DNA of 62,669 bases from Leucoraja ocellata. Lineage: Eukaryota. Location of the stretch: contig JAWMAR010004017.1 in the NCBI GenBank assembly GCA_036785375.1, forward strand, positions 1-62,669. The letters are read 5' to 3'. This document shows, one piece after another, positions 38,880 through 51,766 of this stretch. Each line of letters starts with the position of its first letter. The stretch's first letter is position 1. The position numbers and the translations under genes were made by a program. Below the pieces are notes generated by a model, which was not told where the DNA came from, did not search any database, and saw only the letters and a program-made list of their open reading frames with translations.

Positions 38880-41040
38880 TGAAGACTGAAAAGTGTGAAT
38901 TTATTTTGGAGAACAAGGAAATGGCAGATGAGTTGAACAGGTATTATGGAACAGTCTTCACTAAGGAGGACACAGACAATCTTCCTGATGTACTAGTGGC
39001 CAGATTATCTGGGGTGACGAAATAACTGAATGAAATTCACATTGGGAAGGACATGGTGTTGGGTAGACTGAAGGCTGAGAAATCCCCACGGCCTGATGGT
39101 CTGCATCCCAGGGAACCTGTGGACGTATTGATGATCGTTTCGCAATGTTATATAGATTCAGGATCAGTTCCGGTAGATTGGAGGGTAGCTAATGATATCT
39201 AACCGTTTAAGAAAGGAGGGAGAGAGAAAACAAGGAATTATAGACATAGAAACATAGAAACATAGAAATTAGGTGCAGGAGTAGGCCATTCGGCCTTTCG
39301 AGCCTGCACCGCCATTCAATATGATCATCGCTGATCAATCAACTCAGTATCCCGTACCTGCCTTCTCTCCATACCCTCTGATCCCCTTAGCCACAAGGGC
39401 CACATCTAACTCACTCTTAAATATAGCCAATGAACTGGCCTCAACTACCATCTGTGGCAGAGAGTTCCAGAGATTCACCACTCTCTGTGAAAAAAAGATC
39501 TTCTCATCTCGGGTTTAAAGGATTTCCCCCTTATCCTTAAGCTGTGACCCCTTGTCCTGGACTTCCCTAACATCGGGGACAATCTTCCTGCATCTAGCCT
39601 GTCCAACCCCCTAAGAATGTTGTACGTTTCTAAGCTAGACCAGTTAGCCTGACATCGGTAGTGGGGAAGATTGTATAAAACATTATAATTATATTCAGTT
39701 ATATTATTTATTATATTCAATCATAACATATTCAATAACGGTACATTTGGATAGCAGTAACAGGGCCGTTCTGAGTCAGCATGAATTAATGATGGGGAAA
39801 TCATGCTTGACTAATCTTCTAGAATGTTTTGAGGATGTAACTAGGAAAATAGACAAGTGAGAGCCAGTAGATGTAGTGACCTGGACTTTTTGATAGCCTT
39901 TGATATCGTCCCACATCGGAGATTAGTGGGCAAAATTAGAGCACATGGTATTGGGGTAGGGTGCTGGCATGGATAGAAAATTGGTTGGCAGACAGGAAAC
40001 AAACAGTGGGGATTAATGGATCCCTTGCAGAAAAGTTGGCAGTTGGGTACCGCAAGGCTCGGGGCTTGGACCGCAGCTGTTACAATGTATATTCGTGATT
40101 TAGATGAAGGGATTTAAAGTGGCGTTAGCAAATTTGCAGATGGCACAAGGCTGGGTGGCAGTGTGAATTGTGACGAGGTTGCTATGGTGATGCAAGGTGA
40201 CTTGGACAGGTTGGGTGAGTGGGCAGATGCATGGCCGATGCAGTGTAATGTGGATACGTGTGAGATTATCCACTTTGATGGCAAGAACAGGAAGGCAGAT
40301 TATTACCTGAATGGTGTCAAGTTAGGAAAAGGGGTGGTACAACGATATCTGGGTGGCCTTGTTCATCAGTCACTGAAAGTAAGCATGCAGATTCAGCAGG
40401 CAATGAAGAAAGCTAATGCATGTTGTTCTTCAGAACAAGAGGAGTTGAGTATGGGAGCAAATAGGTCATGCTGTAGTTCCACATGCTCTAGTGAGACCAC
40501 GCCTGGGGTATTGTGTGCAGTTGTGGTCGCCATTCTTGCTCTTGGGGGGAGTGCAGCGTAGATTCACGAGGGTATTTCCCCGGATGGCGGGACCGTCATA
40601 CGATGAAAGAATGGGGCGACTGGACTTGTATACACTGTAGCTTAGAAGGATGTGAGGGTATCTTATGAAACATATAAGATTATAAAGGGACTGGACACGA
40701 TGGAGGCAGGAAACATGTTCCCAATGTTGGGGGAGTCCAGAACCAGGGCCCACAGTTTTAGAATTATGGGTTGGCCATTTAGAACGCAGATGAGGACACA
40801 CTTTTTCACCCATGGAGTTATGAATCAGTTGGATTCTCTGCCTCAGAAAGTAATGGAGGCCAATTCTCCGGATTCTTTCAAGTGAGAGTTAGATAGAGCT
40901 CTTAAAGATAGCGGAGTCAAGGGATATAGGGCGAAGGCAGGATCGGTGTACTGATTGTGGATGATCAGCCATGATCTCATTGAATGACAGTGCTGGCTCG
41001 AAGGGTCGAATTGCCTCCTCCTGCACCCATTGTCTATAGT
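38880..41040 (+). mobile_element. Old ~2-kb CR1 LINE with nested young CR1 (-, 39246-39630)
   Basis: RT motifs throughout; (TATTGTC)-type tail. Confidence 0.85.
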
Positions 41041-42242
41041 CTATTGTGTATTGTCTATTGAATACGTGGGTTAGCATATGATGCGCGTTTGACAACACTG
41101 GGCCTCTACTCGCTGGAGTTTAGAAGGTTGACGTGTGGGGAAAATTACAGAATAATGAACTGCATAGATAGATTGGATGTGGAAAGGAGGTCTCCACAGT
41201 TGGGACTAGAGGTCATAGCCTCAGAAATAAAGAGCGCTCTTTTGGGAAGGATGTGAGGAGAAATAGTGAGAGTGTAATTAATCTGTGGAAATCATTGCCG
41301 CAGGGGCCTGTGGAGGCCAAGTCGCTGAATATTGGCTGAAGCCAGACAATTTATTGATCAGAACGGGTGTCAAGGGTTATGGTCCGAAGGCAATAAACTA
41401 GGATTTGGAGGCAGAGATCAGCCATGATTGAATGGCGTAGGAGATTCGATGGGCCGAATGGACTACTTCTACTATAACTTGTGAACGTGGGAACTTGTGC
41501 ACGGTCTGAACAGGTCTGAATGACAAAATAAATTCAATCCAATTCAATTCAATTCAATTGTGAAGAGTGGGGGTCGGCGAATCGTGAGGGATAAGTGGAG
41601 ACTTCCGAAGGGTGCAGGTGATCAAATCTGGTAAGACATTAAAAGTGGAATTAAGTAAGGGAGTGATGGTGACGCACTGGAATAGAGTGGATAGGGGCCC
41701 AGTGGGGTGTCGGTAGGAGTAGGTTATGTGTGTTAGAAAGCGGGAATACCGGCCGAAGTGGTATGAGAGGACCTGAACAGATAAGAAAGAACGAGAAAGG
41801 GCCAGAGGGGAAGTGAGTTACATGATATTGGAGAGTTAAATCTTGATGTTGCTGATATAAACTAGCCAGGGGGAATCGTCTGAAGAAGGGTCTCGACCAG
41901 AAACGTCTCTAATTCCACTCTCCAGAGATGCTACTTGTCCCGCCGAGTTACTCCAGCTTTTTGTGNNNNNNNNNNNNNNNNNNNNNNNNNNNNNNNNNNN
42001 NNNNNNNNNNNNNNNNNNNNNNNNNNNNNNNNNNNNNNNNNNNNNNNNNNNNNNNNNNNNNNNNNNNNNNNNNNNNNNNNNNNNNNNNNNNNNNNNNNNN
42101 NNNNNNTTTCAGACATCTCAAAGATATCTTACAGAGATTAACAGGAATAAAAAACATATAATCAGAATAAAATAAAGAAAAAATACATCACAGAAACACA
42201 AATTAAAAACAGAAATCAGTACAAAACTTAAAGCAAACTTAC

Positions 42243-43902
42243 AAACTTAAAGCACACGGCATTGGGGGTTCAGTATTGATGTGGATAGATAACTGGCTGG
42301 CAAACAGGAAGCAACGAGTAGGAGTGAACGGGTCCTTTTCACAGGCAGGCAGTGACTAGTGGGGTACCGCAAGGCTCAGTGCTGGGACCCCAGCTATATA
42401 CAATATATATTAATGATCTGGATGAGGGAATTGAAGGCAATATCTCCAAGTTTGCGGATGACACTAAGCTGGGGGCAGTGTTAGCTGTGAGGAGGATGCT
42501 AGGAGACTGAAAGGTGACTTGGATAGGCTGGGTGAGTGGGCAAATGTTTGGCAGATGCAGTATAATGTGGATAAATGTGAGGTTATCCGTTTTGGTGGCA
42601 AAAACAGGAAAGCAGACTATTATCTAAATGGTGGCCGATTGGGAAAGGGGGAGATGCAGCGAGACCTGGGTGTCATGGTACACCAGTCATTGAAGGTAGG
42701 CATGCAGGTGCAGCAGGCAGTAAAGAAAGCGAATTGTATGTTATCTTTCATTGCAAAAGGATTTGAGTATAGGAGCAGGGAGGTTCTACTGCAGTTGTAC
42801 AGGGTCTTGGTGAGACCACACCTGGAGTATTGCGTACAGTTTTCGTCTCCAAATCTGAGGAAGGACATTATTGCCATAGAGGGAGTGCAGAAATGGTTCA
42901 CCAGACTGATTCCTGGGATCTCAGGACTTTCATATGAAGAAAGACTGGATAGACTCGGCTTGTACTCGCTAGAATTTAGGAGATTGAGGTGGGATCTTAT
43001 AGAAATAGAAAATTCTTAAGGGGTTGGACAGGCTAGATGCAGGAAGATTGTTCCCGATGTTGGGGAAGTCCAGGACAAGGGGTTACAGCTTAAGGATATG
43101 GGGGAAATCCATTAGGACCAAGATGAGAAAAACATTTTTCACACAGAGAGTGGTGAATCTCTGGAACTCTCTGCCACAGAAGGTAGTTGAGGCCAGTTCG
43201 TTGGCTATATTTAAGAGGGAGTTAGATGTGGCCCTTGTGGCTAAAGGGATCAGGGGGTATGGAGAGAAGGCAGGTACGGGACACTGAGTTGGATGATCAG
43301 CCATGATCATATTGAATGGCGGTGCAGGCTCGAAGGGCCGAATGGCCTACTCCTGCACCTAGTTTCTATGTTTCTATGTTTCTATTGCCATAGAGATAGT
43401 GCAGAGACGGTTCACCAGACTGATTCCTGGGATGTCAGGACTGTCTTATGAAGAAAGACTGGATAGACTTGGTTTATACTCTCTAGAATTTAGGAGATTG
43501 AAAGGGTATCTTATAGAAACTTACAAAATTCTTAAGGGGTTGGACAGGCTAGATGCAGGTAGATTGTTCCCGATGTCAGGGAAGTCCAGGACAAGGGGTC
43601 ACAGCTTAAGGGTAAGGGGGAAATCCTTTAAAACCGAGATGAGAAGTACTTTTTTTCACACAGAGAGTGGTGAATCTCTGGAACTCTCTGCCACAGAGGG
43701 TAGTTGAGGCCAGTTCATTGGCTATATTTAAGAGGGAGTTAGATGTGGCCCTTGTGGCTAAAGGGATCAGGGGGTATGGAGAGAAGGCAGGTACGGGATA
43801 CTGAGTTGGATGATCAGCCATGATCATATTGAATGGCGGTGCAGGCTCGAAGGGCCGAATGGCCTACTCCTGCACCTAATTTCTATGTTTCTATGTTTCT
43901 AT
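42243..43902 (+). mobile_element. Two tandem young CR1/HER1 LINE 3' portions
   Basis: 42243-43384 and 43385-43902, each ending in (TTTCTATG)n. Confidence 0.92.
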
Positions 43903-45021
43903 GTATCCAAAACAAAAAAATCAAAAACACAATGTGAAGAGAGAGCGGCGGCAGCTAAAGCGCGCCAGCGTCCACTATCCCTTCACGACAGCCATCTTGG
44001 ACAAAGACTAACAGGATTACGTACAGACAAAAAACATCATCCCCCCACAATGGATACCACTGTGGGGGAAGGCACAATATCCAGTCCCCAACCCCAAATT
44101 CACCCAAAGTCAGGCCTATTGAGGCCACCGCAATTGCCTCTACGGAGGCCCGATGTTCCTAGCCGTTCTCACCGGGTGGTCTTGCCTCGGCGTCGGGAGA
44201 GTCCTCTCAGCGGCTGGGCCACCTGAAACGGCCACTTCCTAGCTGGAGACCGCGGCACCCGAAGCCGACAAGGCCGCGCCGGTTTGGAGCTCCCAGGCTC
44301 CCGATGTTGCATGGAATATACGTTGTTCCTTTAGTTCGAGTTTGGTTTCACCCTGACATTGGGGGAAGCCGGAGGCCTTCATGTTGGAATGTGAAGCGGA
44401 ATTAAAGTTAGGGACTGCTTATGTTAGGGACTGCTTCTGTGTTTAGTCTTGTGGAAGTAACCAGAATGATGCTGGTGCCCAAAATGTATGTACACGTCGG
44501 AATACCCGGATCTGCTTCGCCCCCGGTTCAATGATATTGGATTGTTTGAAAGCCAGCTCCGGTGTTCAATAAAACTGCCGCAGCTATGCATCCACGTTGA
44601 CACTAGCCAGCTGTGCAAATCGCAGCAGCCCTCCCACCCTGCATTCATGCACAAACGCTCCACCGGGTGCAATGAGTAGATATGTGGACTGTAGTACGTT
44701 CGGCACGCACATTGATTGACAGTTGGATGTCAACGCGGATTGATGTTACAAAAATTATTTGTTCGACATCTGCCATCGATGTTTAATTGATGCTTTTGTT
44801 TGTTCATTGATATTTGCGTTAGGATACCCTGGTGAATCTTGCAACAATTTCCACGATTTTGAATCGCCTCCATGGCTACGGTTCCAATGGGAACGGTTGC
44901 TGACAGCTTGAACCGAAGTACCCAGGGTTTCCTGTCGGCCTGTGACTGAGCGTTGCGGTGGCACTTGGCATGTGTTCACAAAACCGGCAACAGGCAGGTG
45001 TTCCGCACCACAGGCAATTGG

Positions 45022-45060
45022 AGTTTTCGTACTGGTATGACGCTGCTTTCCATCGCTGTG
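45022..45060 (-). other. 23-RSS of V2
   Basis: CACAGCG + 23 nt + ACGAAAACT. Confidence 0.85.
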
Positions 45061-45367
45061 CCTTCGAAAGCGCAGTAATACAGGGCAGAGTCGGTCAATA
45101 GCAACCCGGTGATCATTAAATTATTCCACTTGGTCTTGGTGTCCAGCTCCGAAAAGAAACGTGTCCCGAATCCTTCGCCTCTCTCTTGTCCCTCCCAAGA
45201 CTTCTGCCGCGCAATAAACACAGGTTCATTCCCCGCTTGTTTTCTGTACCAGTACAACGAATAGGTGCTTTCTGTAGTGATGTAGCTGCATGAAAGCATC
45301 ACCCCTTCGCCTTCTCTACTTTTTTTTGATGATTGCGGCTGACGTACCGAATTTCCTGAACTCCGAC
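45061..45367 (-). CDS. TCR alpha/delta V segment V2 (V exon; leader uncertain, around 45614-45660)
   Basis: Acceptor ggtcatag|GT; NSVRQPQSSKKSREGEGVMLSC...YWYRKQ...DSALYYCAFEG; open frame; RSS follows. Confidence 0.88.
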
Positions 45368-45704
45368 CTATGACCGGGTTAGGAAAGAATAAAAAGGACC
45401 CTTGATTAAAAGTGACCCTCAAAAAATATTTTGTGCTCGTTAACTTGGAACAAACGCTACTCCGGAGGAATAGGCCGCGGGTCAATTGTAGGGGTCCGTG
45501 AGCACTTTACGATGTCTTGGAAATGCGGTCGAAATAATCAAAGATGTCTCAGATCATTCCTTCATCTCCCCGCCCCCGTCGGGAATGAGATACAGTAGTT
45601 TGGGAGCGCGCACCAGCAGACTCAGTAACAGCATGGTGATGCAAATGCGAAATGCCAATATTGATTAGTCTGCAAGGTGGAACTTGGCCTCCACTACGTT
45701 GCCA

Positions 45705-45737
45705 ACTTTAAACACAGCTCCAAGGGAGACGTCACTC
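45705..45737 (-). promoter_or_regulatory. V2 promoter: CRE/decamer-like AGTGACGTCT and TTTAAA
   Basis: Resembles the TCR V-promoter decamer AGTGAYRTCA, about 100 bp upstream of the candidate leader ATG (45634). Confidence 0.4.
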
Positions 45738-46077
45738 GGGTCATCTGTGGAGCCGGGGCTGTTTAGCTCACTAAAATTATCCAGAACCAATAATCAATCG
45801 GGGGCTCATCGGGGAAATGTTATTTCGTTCTCCCATGCTCCTCCGAGAGCTACTCACCGAGGAAGCATACAATGAGAGTAAACAGAACGACGATCTCCAT
45901 CTTTCTCGCTCAAGGACCGAGTGGTTGTGTAAACGGGAGATCTATACAGCGGCCCTCGACGGGTCTTGGAGATTGTTCCAAAGGACTGCAGTGAAACGCC
46001 TTCAGTGATCTGGTTCACGTGCTTAGGGCGGTGCCCCGGATATCACTGACCACGTGGTGAGTGCATGAGTGACGGAG

Positions 46078-46750
46078 ATTAAGGGGATGGACAGGCTAGA
46101 TGCAGGAAGATTGTTCCCGATGTTGGGAAGTCCAGAACAAGGGGTCACAGTTTAAGGATAAGGGGGAAATCTTTTAGGACCGAGATGCGAAAAACATTTT
46201 TCACATAGAGAATGGTGAATCTGTGGAATTCACAGAAGGTGGTTGTGGCCAGTTCATTGGCTATATTTAAGACAGTGTTAGATGTGACCCTTGTGGCTAA
46301 AGGGATTAGGGGGTATGGAGAGAAGGCAGGTACAGGATACTGAGTTGGATGATCAGCCATCATATTGAATGGCGGTGCAGGCTGGAAGGGCCGAATGGCC
46401 TACTCCTGCACCTATTTTCTATGTTTCTAAGTTTCTTTGTAAACCTGTAGAACATTGTGGAATAATACGCATGTTTATTGTTTGTACTTGTTTTGAAATT
46501 TAATAAGGCAAATTAAATATCTCTCTTCAAGAGCGAGTTAGATTTAGTTATTAGGGTGCTGGAGGACGTTCTCTGGATACTTTCAAGAGAGAGTTAGACA
46601 GAGCTCTTGAATATAGCGGAGTCAGAGGATATGAGGAAAAGGCAGGAACGAGGTACTGATTTTAGATGATCAGCCATGATCACATTGAATAGCGGTGCTG
46701 ACTCGAAGGGCCGAATGGCCTACGAATGCATCTATTTTTCTATGTTTCGA
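46078..46750 (+). mobile_element. CR1 LINE 3' ends
   Basis: ORF2 C-terminus and tails. Confidence 0.85.
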
Positions 46751-47212
46751 AATGGGGAAAGGTATGCGCCGGGCTGACAACTGTTCAACGGAGTGCGCAA
46801 CTTAGTGTATTGAGTTGGAAGACGCCAGTGCAAACTTGCAACGGAAAGTACGTTAACCATGCACAGGTAATGCTTGTAATCCGACTCCGGAAACATATAT
46901 GGGGAGAAAAACAGACATAAAAGTGCATTAGAAAATGATAAAATGTGATAAATTGAAAATAACTGAGTTAGTAAAAGCGAAGTTACTGATCACATCTGAA
47001 GTTATTGAACAGCATCTGTAACATGGCTGACGATTATTACCGAGACATTGTTGCCACCTTGTGGAATATGTATTAGATTACCTCGGCAATGTTAAATGCA
47101 ATCGAATTCTGCCTTCATATGGCACCACTTCGCCAAATCGCCAAAACACAACGTCCACGCCTCCAAATAATCATCATGGTCTGTAGAGCAATAAGCATAT
47201 TGTCACGGGAGG

Positions 47213-47676
47213 GACACAAAAATGCTGGAGAAATTCAGCGGGCGCAGCAGCATCTATGGAGCGAAGGAAATAGGCAACGTTTCGGACCGAAATCCTTCTT
47301 CAGACTGATGGGGTGTGGTGTGGAAAAGAAAGGAAAAAGGAGGAGGAGACCGCCCGAGGGCTGAGGAAGGGGCTGAGACAGCAAGGGCTAACAATATTGG
47401 GAGAATTCAATGTTCATTTCCGCAGGATGCAGACTCCCCAAGCGGCATACGAGGTGCTGTTCCTCCAATTCCCGGTATTGCTCGCTCTGGCCATGGAGGA
47501 GACCCAGGACAGAGAGGTCGGATGAGGAATGGGTGGAGGAAGTGCTGAGCCAGGTTGGTTATTGCGGACCGAGCGGAGGTGTTCGGCCGAACGATCGCCC
47601 GGCCTGCGCTTGTCACCGATGTAGATCAGCTGACATCTAGAGCAGCGGATGCAATAGATGAGGTTGGAGGAGACTC
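47213..47676 (-). mobile_element. Penelope-like element: GIY-YIG endonuclease region plus terminal repeat
   Basis: SSNLIYCIRCSRCQLIYIG...RSAEHLRSV and EEQHLV.RLGSLHP..MNIEFS on the minus strand. Confidence 0.85.
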
Positions 47677-48293
47677 ACGGGATACGGATAAGGGTGAACT
47701 CTCGTGTCATTGAAGCAGATTCTGCACCTCTAAAAAATGCATTTACCTTTAATATCTGCAAAAAAAAGTTTAGTTTAAATATCATGGGTATTATTTTCAC
47801 GTGGAGAGCGATGAAATGAAAAAAAAAATTAGTTGCACGCTATCCAATCAGTGCCGAAAATAATATACATCAGTACAATCAAATCAAACTCAACTACACC
47901 AAGTAGAGGAATGGAATAGATAGAGATAAAAATCTCATTGCTTTCACCCTCCGCAGCTGTGCCTTCACTGTAGTTTGTCCCAGTCACTGCGCGCTGCTAC
48001 TGGATGTAAGCAAGCGCCGTTCGCCCCCGGTAACCGATCACCAACTCCCCTACCTCCGTTCACCGCTGGGCGGCGTTCCAAATCTCCTGCTGGTAAGCAC
48101 TCGCGATTTGGTCTTTTGCGTCCCGCCGTGGGTTGGATCTCCTTTCCTGCCATGTGTCACTGGGTGCTTGTTACCGTGGAATTGCCGCTTGTAATTGGTT
48201 GAATCAACAGGCTAGTGGGGCGGTGGAATTAAATTTCTGCTTAGATTGTGAGTTTCCCCACATTCAGAGATAGAAGACGCAGAGAGAAAGATC

Positions 48294-48772
48294 ATGAACA
48301 GTCGTCTCGCGCCGTTCTTTATCGTTATGTCGCTTCTAGGTAAGAATTTCCTTTCCACTAAAATGGAACACCTCGCTGTATCTCTGTGATCCAATATGTC
48401 GACAGGCGGGGTACTGATTAGTAGTTTAACTAAGATAAAGATGGCATCTGATCTATTGTTTCTCTTAGACAGGAGCCTCCAGGACACGGTGGAACAATCG
48501 GTCTCTGAAACGAATTGCACGGAGAAAAGTAAAGTCACACTAAGTTGTGAGTTGAAAACCACGGATACGAACCCTTATGTTTTCTGGTACAAGCAGATCC
48601 TCATGCGGCCTCCGCACTACCTTCTTCGTATTATCGCAGGGCAGCTAACCAGAAATAGCGGCATCGCCGACCGGTTTTCCTCCACTTACGATAAATTGAC
48701 GAAAATTACAGAGTTAACAATCGATGACGCCGTGATCTCCGACTCGGCCGTGTATATCTGTGCCATGAGCCC
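48294..48772 (+). CDS. TCR alpha/delta V segment V3 (leader 48294-48339, V exon 48469-48772), apparently functional
   Basis: Leader MNSRLAPFFIVMSLL G|gtaag; acceptor ttctcttag; DTVEQ...VTLSC...FWYKQ...DSAVYICAMSP; RSS follows. Confidence 0.9.
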
Positions 48773-48811
48773 CACACTGCTGCAGAGATAGAGAAAACAC
48801 GAACAAAAACT
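48773..48811 (+). other. 23-RSS of V3
   Basis: CACACTG + 23 nt + ACAAAAACT. Confidence 0.9.
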
Positions 48812-49015
48812 CCCTCCGGAGAAATACCCTTAATGTCCACCAGAAGGCGATCAGACAAGCACGAAAACTGAANNNNNNNNNNNNNNNNNNNNNNNNNNNN
48901 NNNNNNNNNNNNNNNNNNNNNNNNNNNNNNNNNNNNNNNNNNNNNNNNNNNNNNNNNNNNNNNNNNNNNNNNNNNNNNNNNNNNNNNNNNNNNNNNNNNN
49001 NNNNNNNNNNNNNNN

Positions 49016-49162
49016 TGTTCGTGTGTTTGTGTGTTTGTCCGCCGGTGTGTGCCCGTTAGCGTCTGTGCGTGCGCGTTCATGTGTTTGTGGGTGTGTATGC
49101 CCGAGTGCGCCCGTGTGCCGGTATGTGTGTGGCGGCGCGTGTGTGTGTCCGTGTCTGCGTGC
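49016..49162. repeat. Degenerate (GT)n-rich microsatellite between gaps
   Basis: GT/GC dinucleotide runs flanked by N blocks. Confidence 0.8.
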
Positions 49163-50072
49163 NNNNNNNNNNNNNNNNNNNNNNNNNNNNNNNNNNNNNN
49201 NNNNNNNNNNNNNNNNNNNNNNNNNNNNNNNNNNNNNNNNNNNNNNNNNNNNNNNNNNNNNNNNNNNNNNNNNNNNNNNNNNNNNNNNNNNNNNNNNNNN
49301 NNNNNNNNNNNNNNNNNNNNNNNNNNNNNNNNNNNNNNNNNNNNNNNNNNNNNNNNNNNNNNNNNNNNNNNNNNNNNNNNNNNNNNNNNNNNNNNNNNNN
49401 NNNNNNNNNNNNNNNNNNNNNNNNNNNNNNNNNNNNNNNNNNNNNNNNNNNNNNNNNNNNNNNNNNNNNNNNNNNNNNNNNNNNNNNNNNNNNNNNNNNN
49501 NNNNNNNNNNNNNNNNNNNNNNNNNNNNNNNNNNNNNNNNNNNNNNNNNNNNNNNNNNNNNNNNNNNNNNNNNNNNNNNNNNNNNNNNNNNNNNNNNNNN
49601 NNNNNNNNNNNNNNNNNNNNNNNNNNNNNNNNNAGTTCGCGAGCAGTGCTTATGTCATCCAGTGATACACTGTGATAACAGGCACTTCGGCCCAACTTGC
49701 CCATACCGGCAAACATGTCCCTGCGACATTAGGCCCACCTGCCAGCTTTGGTCCAAATCCCTCCCAACCTGTCCTATCCTTGTTCCTATGCTTGAAATTG
49801 AAATTATATTTATTCACACCAGATAGGATCGCACGATCCATTTTCCAGATTTGGACTAGCAGTCTCACTTTATGTAGAAAATTCCCTTCCTTGGTCCGCT
49901 ACGCAGAACGCATAATTATCATCGTGTCTGATTATTGGACCATCTACATTTGCTCACCAGCTCTTCAAAATATCCGGAAACGTTAGGGACGTACGTCCGT
50001 CGCTTTATTCAGTTGCGATGTCAGTAAATTGGTCCAATGATCTACTTCATCATGTGTGACTGGAGATAATAG

Positions 50073-50730
50073 ACAATAGACAATAGGTGCAGGAGTAGGC
50101 AATTCGGCCCTTCCAGCCGGCACCGCCCTTCAATGTAATCATGGCTGATCATCCACAATCAGTACATCGTTCCTGCCTTTTCCCCATATCCCCTGAATCC
50201 GCTATCTTAAGAGCCATATCTAGCTCTCTCTTGAAAGTATACAGAGAACCGACCTCCACCGCCCTTTGGAGCAGATAATTCAACATTCACAAATCTCTGT
50301 GTGAAAAATCGTTTCCACATCTCCGTTCTAAATGGCCAACCCTTTATTCTTAATATGTGGACACTAGTTCTGGACTCCCCCAAAATCGGGATCATCGTTC
50401 CTGCCCCTAGCGCGTCCAAACCCTTAATAATCTTATATGTTTCAAGAAGATACCCTCTCATCCTTCTAAATTCCAAAGGATGCAAGCCCAGCCGCTCCAT
50501 TCTCTCAGCTTATGACAGTCCCGCCATCCCGGAAATTAACCTGGTGAACGTAGTTGCACTATCTCAATAGCAAGAATGTCCTTCCTCAATTTAAGGGAGC
50601 AAAACAGCACACCATATTCCAGGTGTGGTCTCACTCGGGCGCTGTACAATTGCAGAAGGGCCTTTTTGCTCCTCTTCTCAACTCCTCTTGTTCTGAAGGG
50701 CAACATGCCATTCGCTTTCTTCACTGCCTG
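50073..50730 (-). mobile_element. CR1 LINE 3' end
   Basis: RVRPHLEY, RMRGYLLETYK; (AATAGAC)n tail. Confidence 0.85.
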
Positions 50731-51106
50731 CAGCAGTCCACATCACCTCTGGACAAGCGATGTTTACTTTAAACATTAAATGCTGTCTATACTCCACCTG
50801 CCCTCGCTCTCTATCTATATTGCAGTGTGACATCTCCACCGAGATTCGGTTCCACGGTTAACGAAAGCTGCCGCTGATCAAGTGGAGCCCAGAAACAACA
50901 GTTGTTGGAACAAGCGAATCAACTGACTAACAATTGAGGTTCTGAGCTGCAGGAAGAGACAGCACCGGCTCATACATTGACTGCAACAACCGTTGGAAGA
51001 CTTTACGATTTTTGCCTTCATCACAGTGAGGAGGTGCCTGGTGAACCCACTGTGGTGGATGTGACATTTGTGTTTATTGTGTGCCTCTGTCTTTTTTTAT
51101 TATATA

Positions 51107-51501
51107 CTAGCCCAAGTGCAGACCCGTTGCCACCCCAACGGAGTTATCCCCAACCCAATATTCCACCATGCACCCGTCTCCTCCAACGGAACTGAAACCC
51201 GTTCCCAAATTTAAGATTCCAGCACTCCCCTGCCTCCCTCAGCAGTGGATGAAAACAAACTGCAATTGCACCTACCCTGCCTGCTGCAGCAGTTCCATCG
51301 CAATACCAATTGGCCCTCCCCCTCCTGTTGAAGCACTTGTTGTGATATCCCATTGAGGTGAAAAGCTCAGAGTTTTCCTGTCTTGCAACTTTGTTTTGAG
51401 TGTGTTGGAAGCTGATAGGAAGGAGCAGCGAATCAAAAGGCAGAAAGGCAGCCGGACGCCAGGCGGCAGGCGGCAGCCACATAGTTTTAATATATAATAG
51501 A
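51107..51501 (-). mobile_element. Non-autonomous Helitron
   Basis: 5' TCTATTATATATTAAAA, 3' CCGTTG/CAACGG hairpin then CTAG, between host A and T; related to 54789 onward. Confidence 0.7.
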
Positions 51502-51728
51502 TAGGACTGCATGGCAACGAAATTTTCGTTCAGACCGAAATGTCTGAATGACAATAAAGGCTACTGTGACTTTGACTTTGAATTCAGGACTCTGTGTGCA
51601 TTGTTTCAAGTCGAGACGATGCGGTTTCCGCTAGCATTCTATGCGCTCAGTAATTGCATTCTACCGTTAGTGCCGCATCAGCGGTTGGAAGTTGCCCGCA
51701 ACCTACACACCTGTGCCCCAGAAAAAAC

Positions 51729-51766
51729 AATTATTGTACGAGGATTAGCTCGCACCTATCACTGTG
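51729..51766 (-). other. 22-bp-spacer RSS of V4
   Basis: CACAGTG + 22 nt + ACAATAATT (divergent nonamer). Confidence 0.8.

Noticed and set aside
45061-48772. NAR-TCR or IgH-like V assignment for V2/V3
   Set aside because: V2 lacks a CDR1 Cys and no upstream NAR V-D-J is visible; V3 has a full CDR2; none has IgH WVRQ..GLEW motifs.
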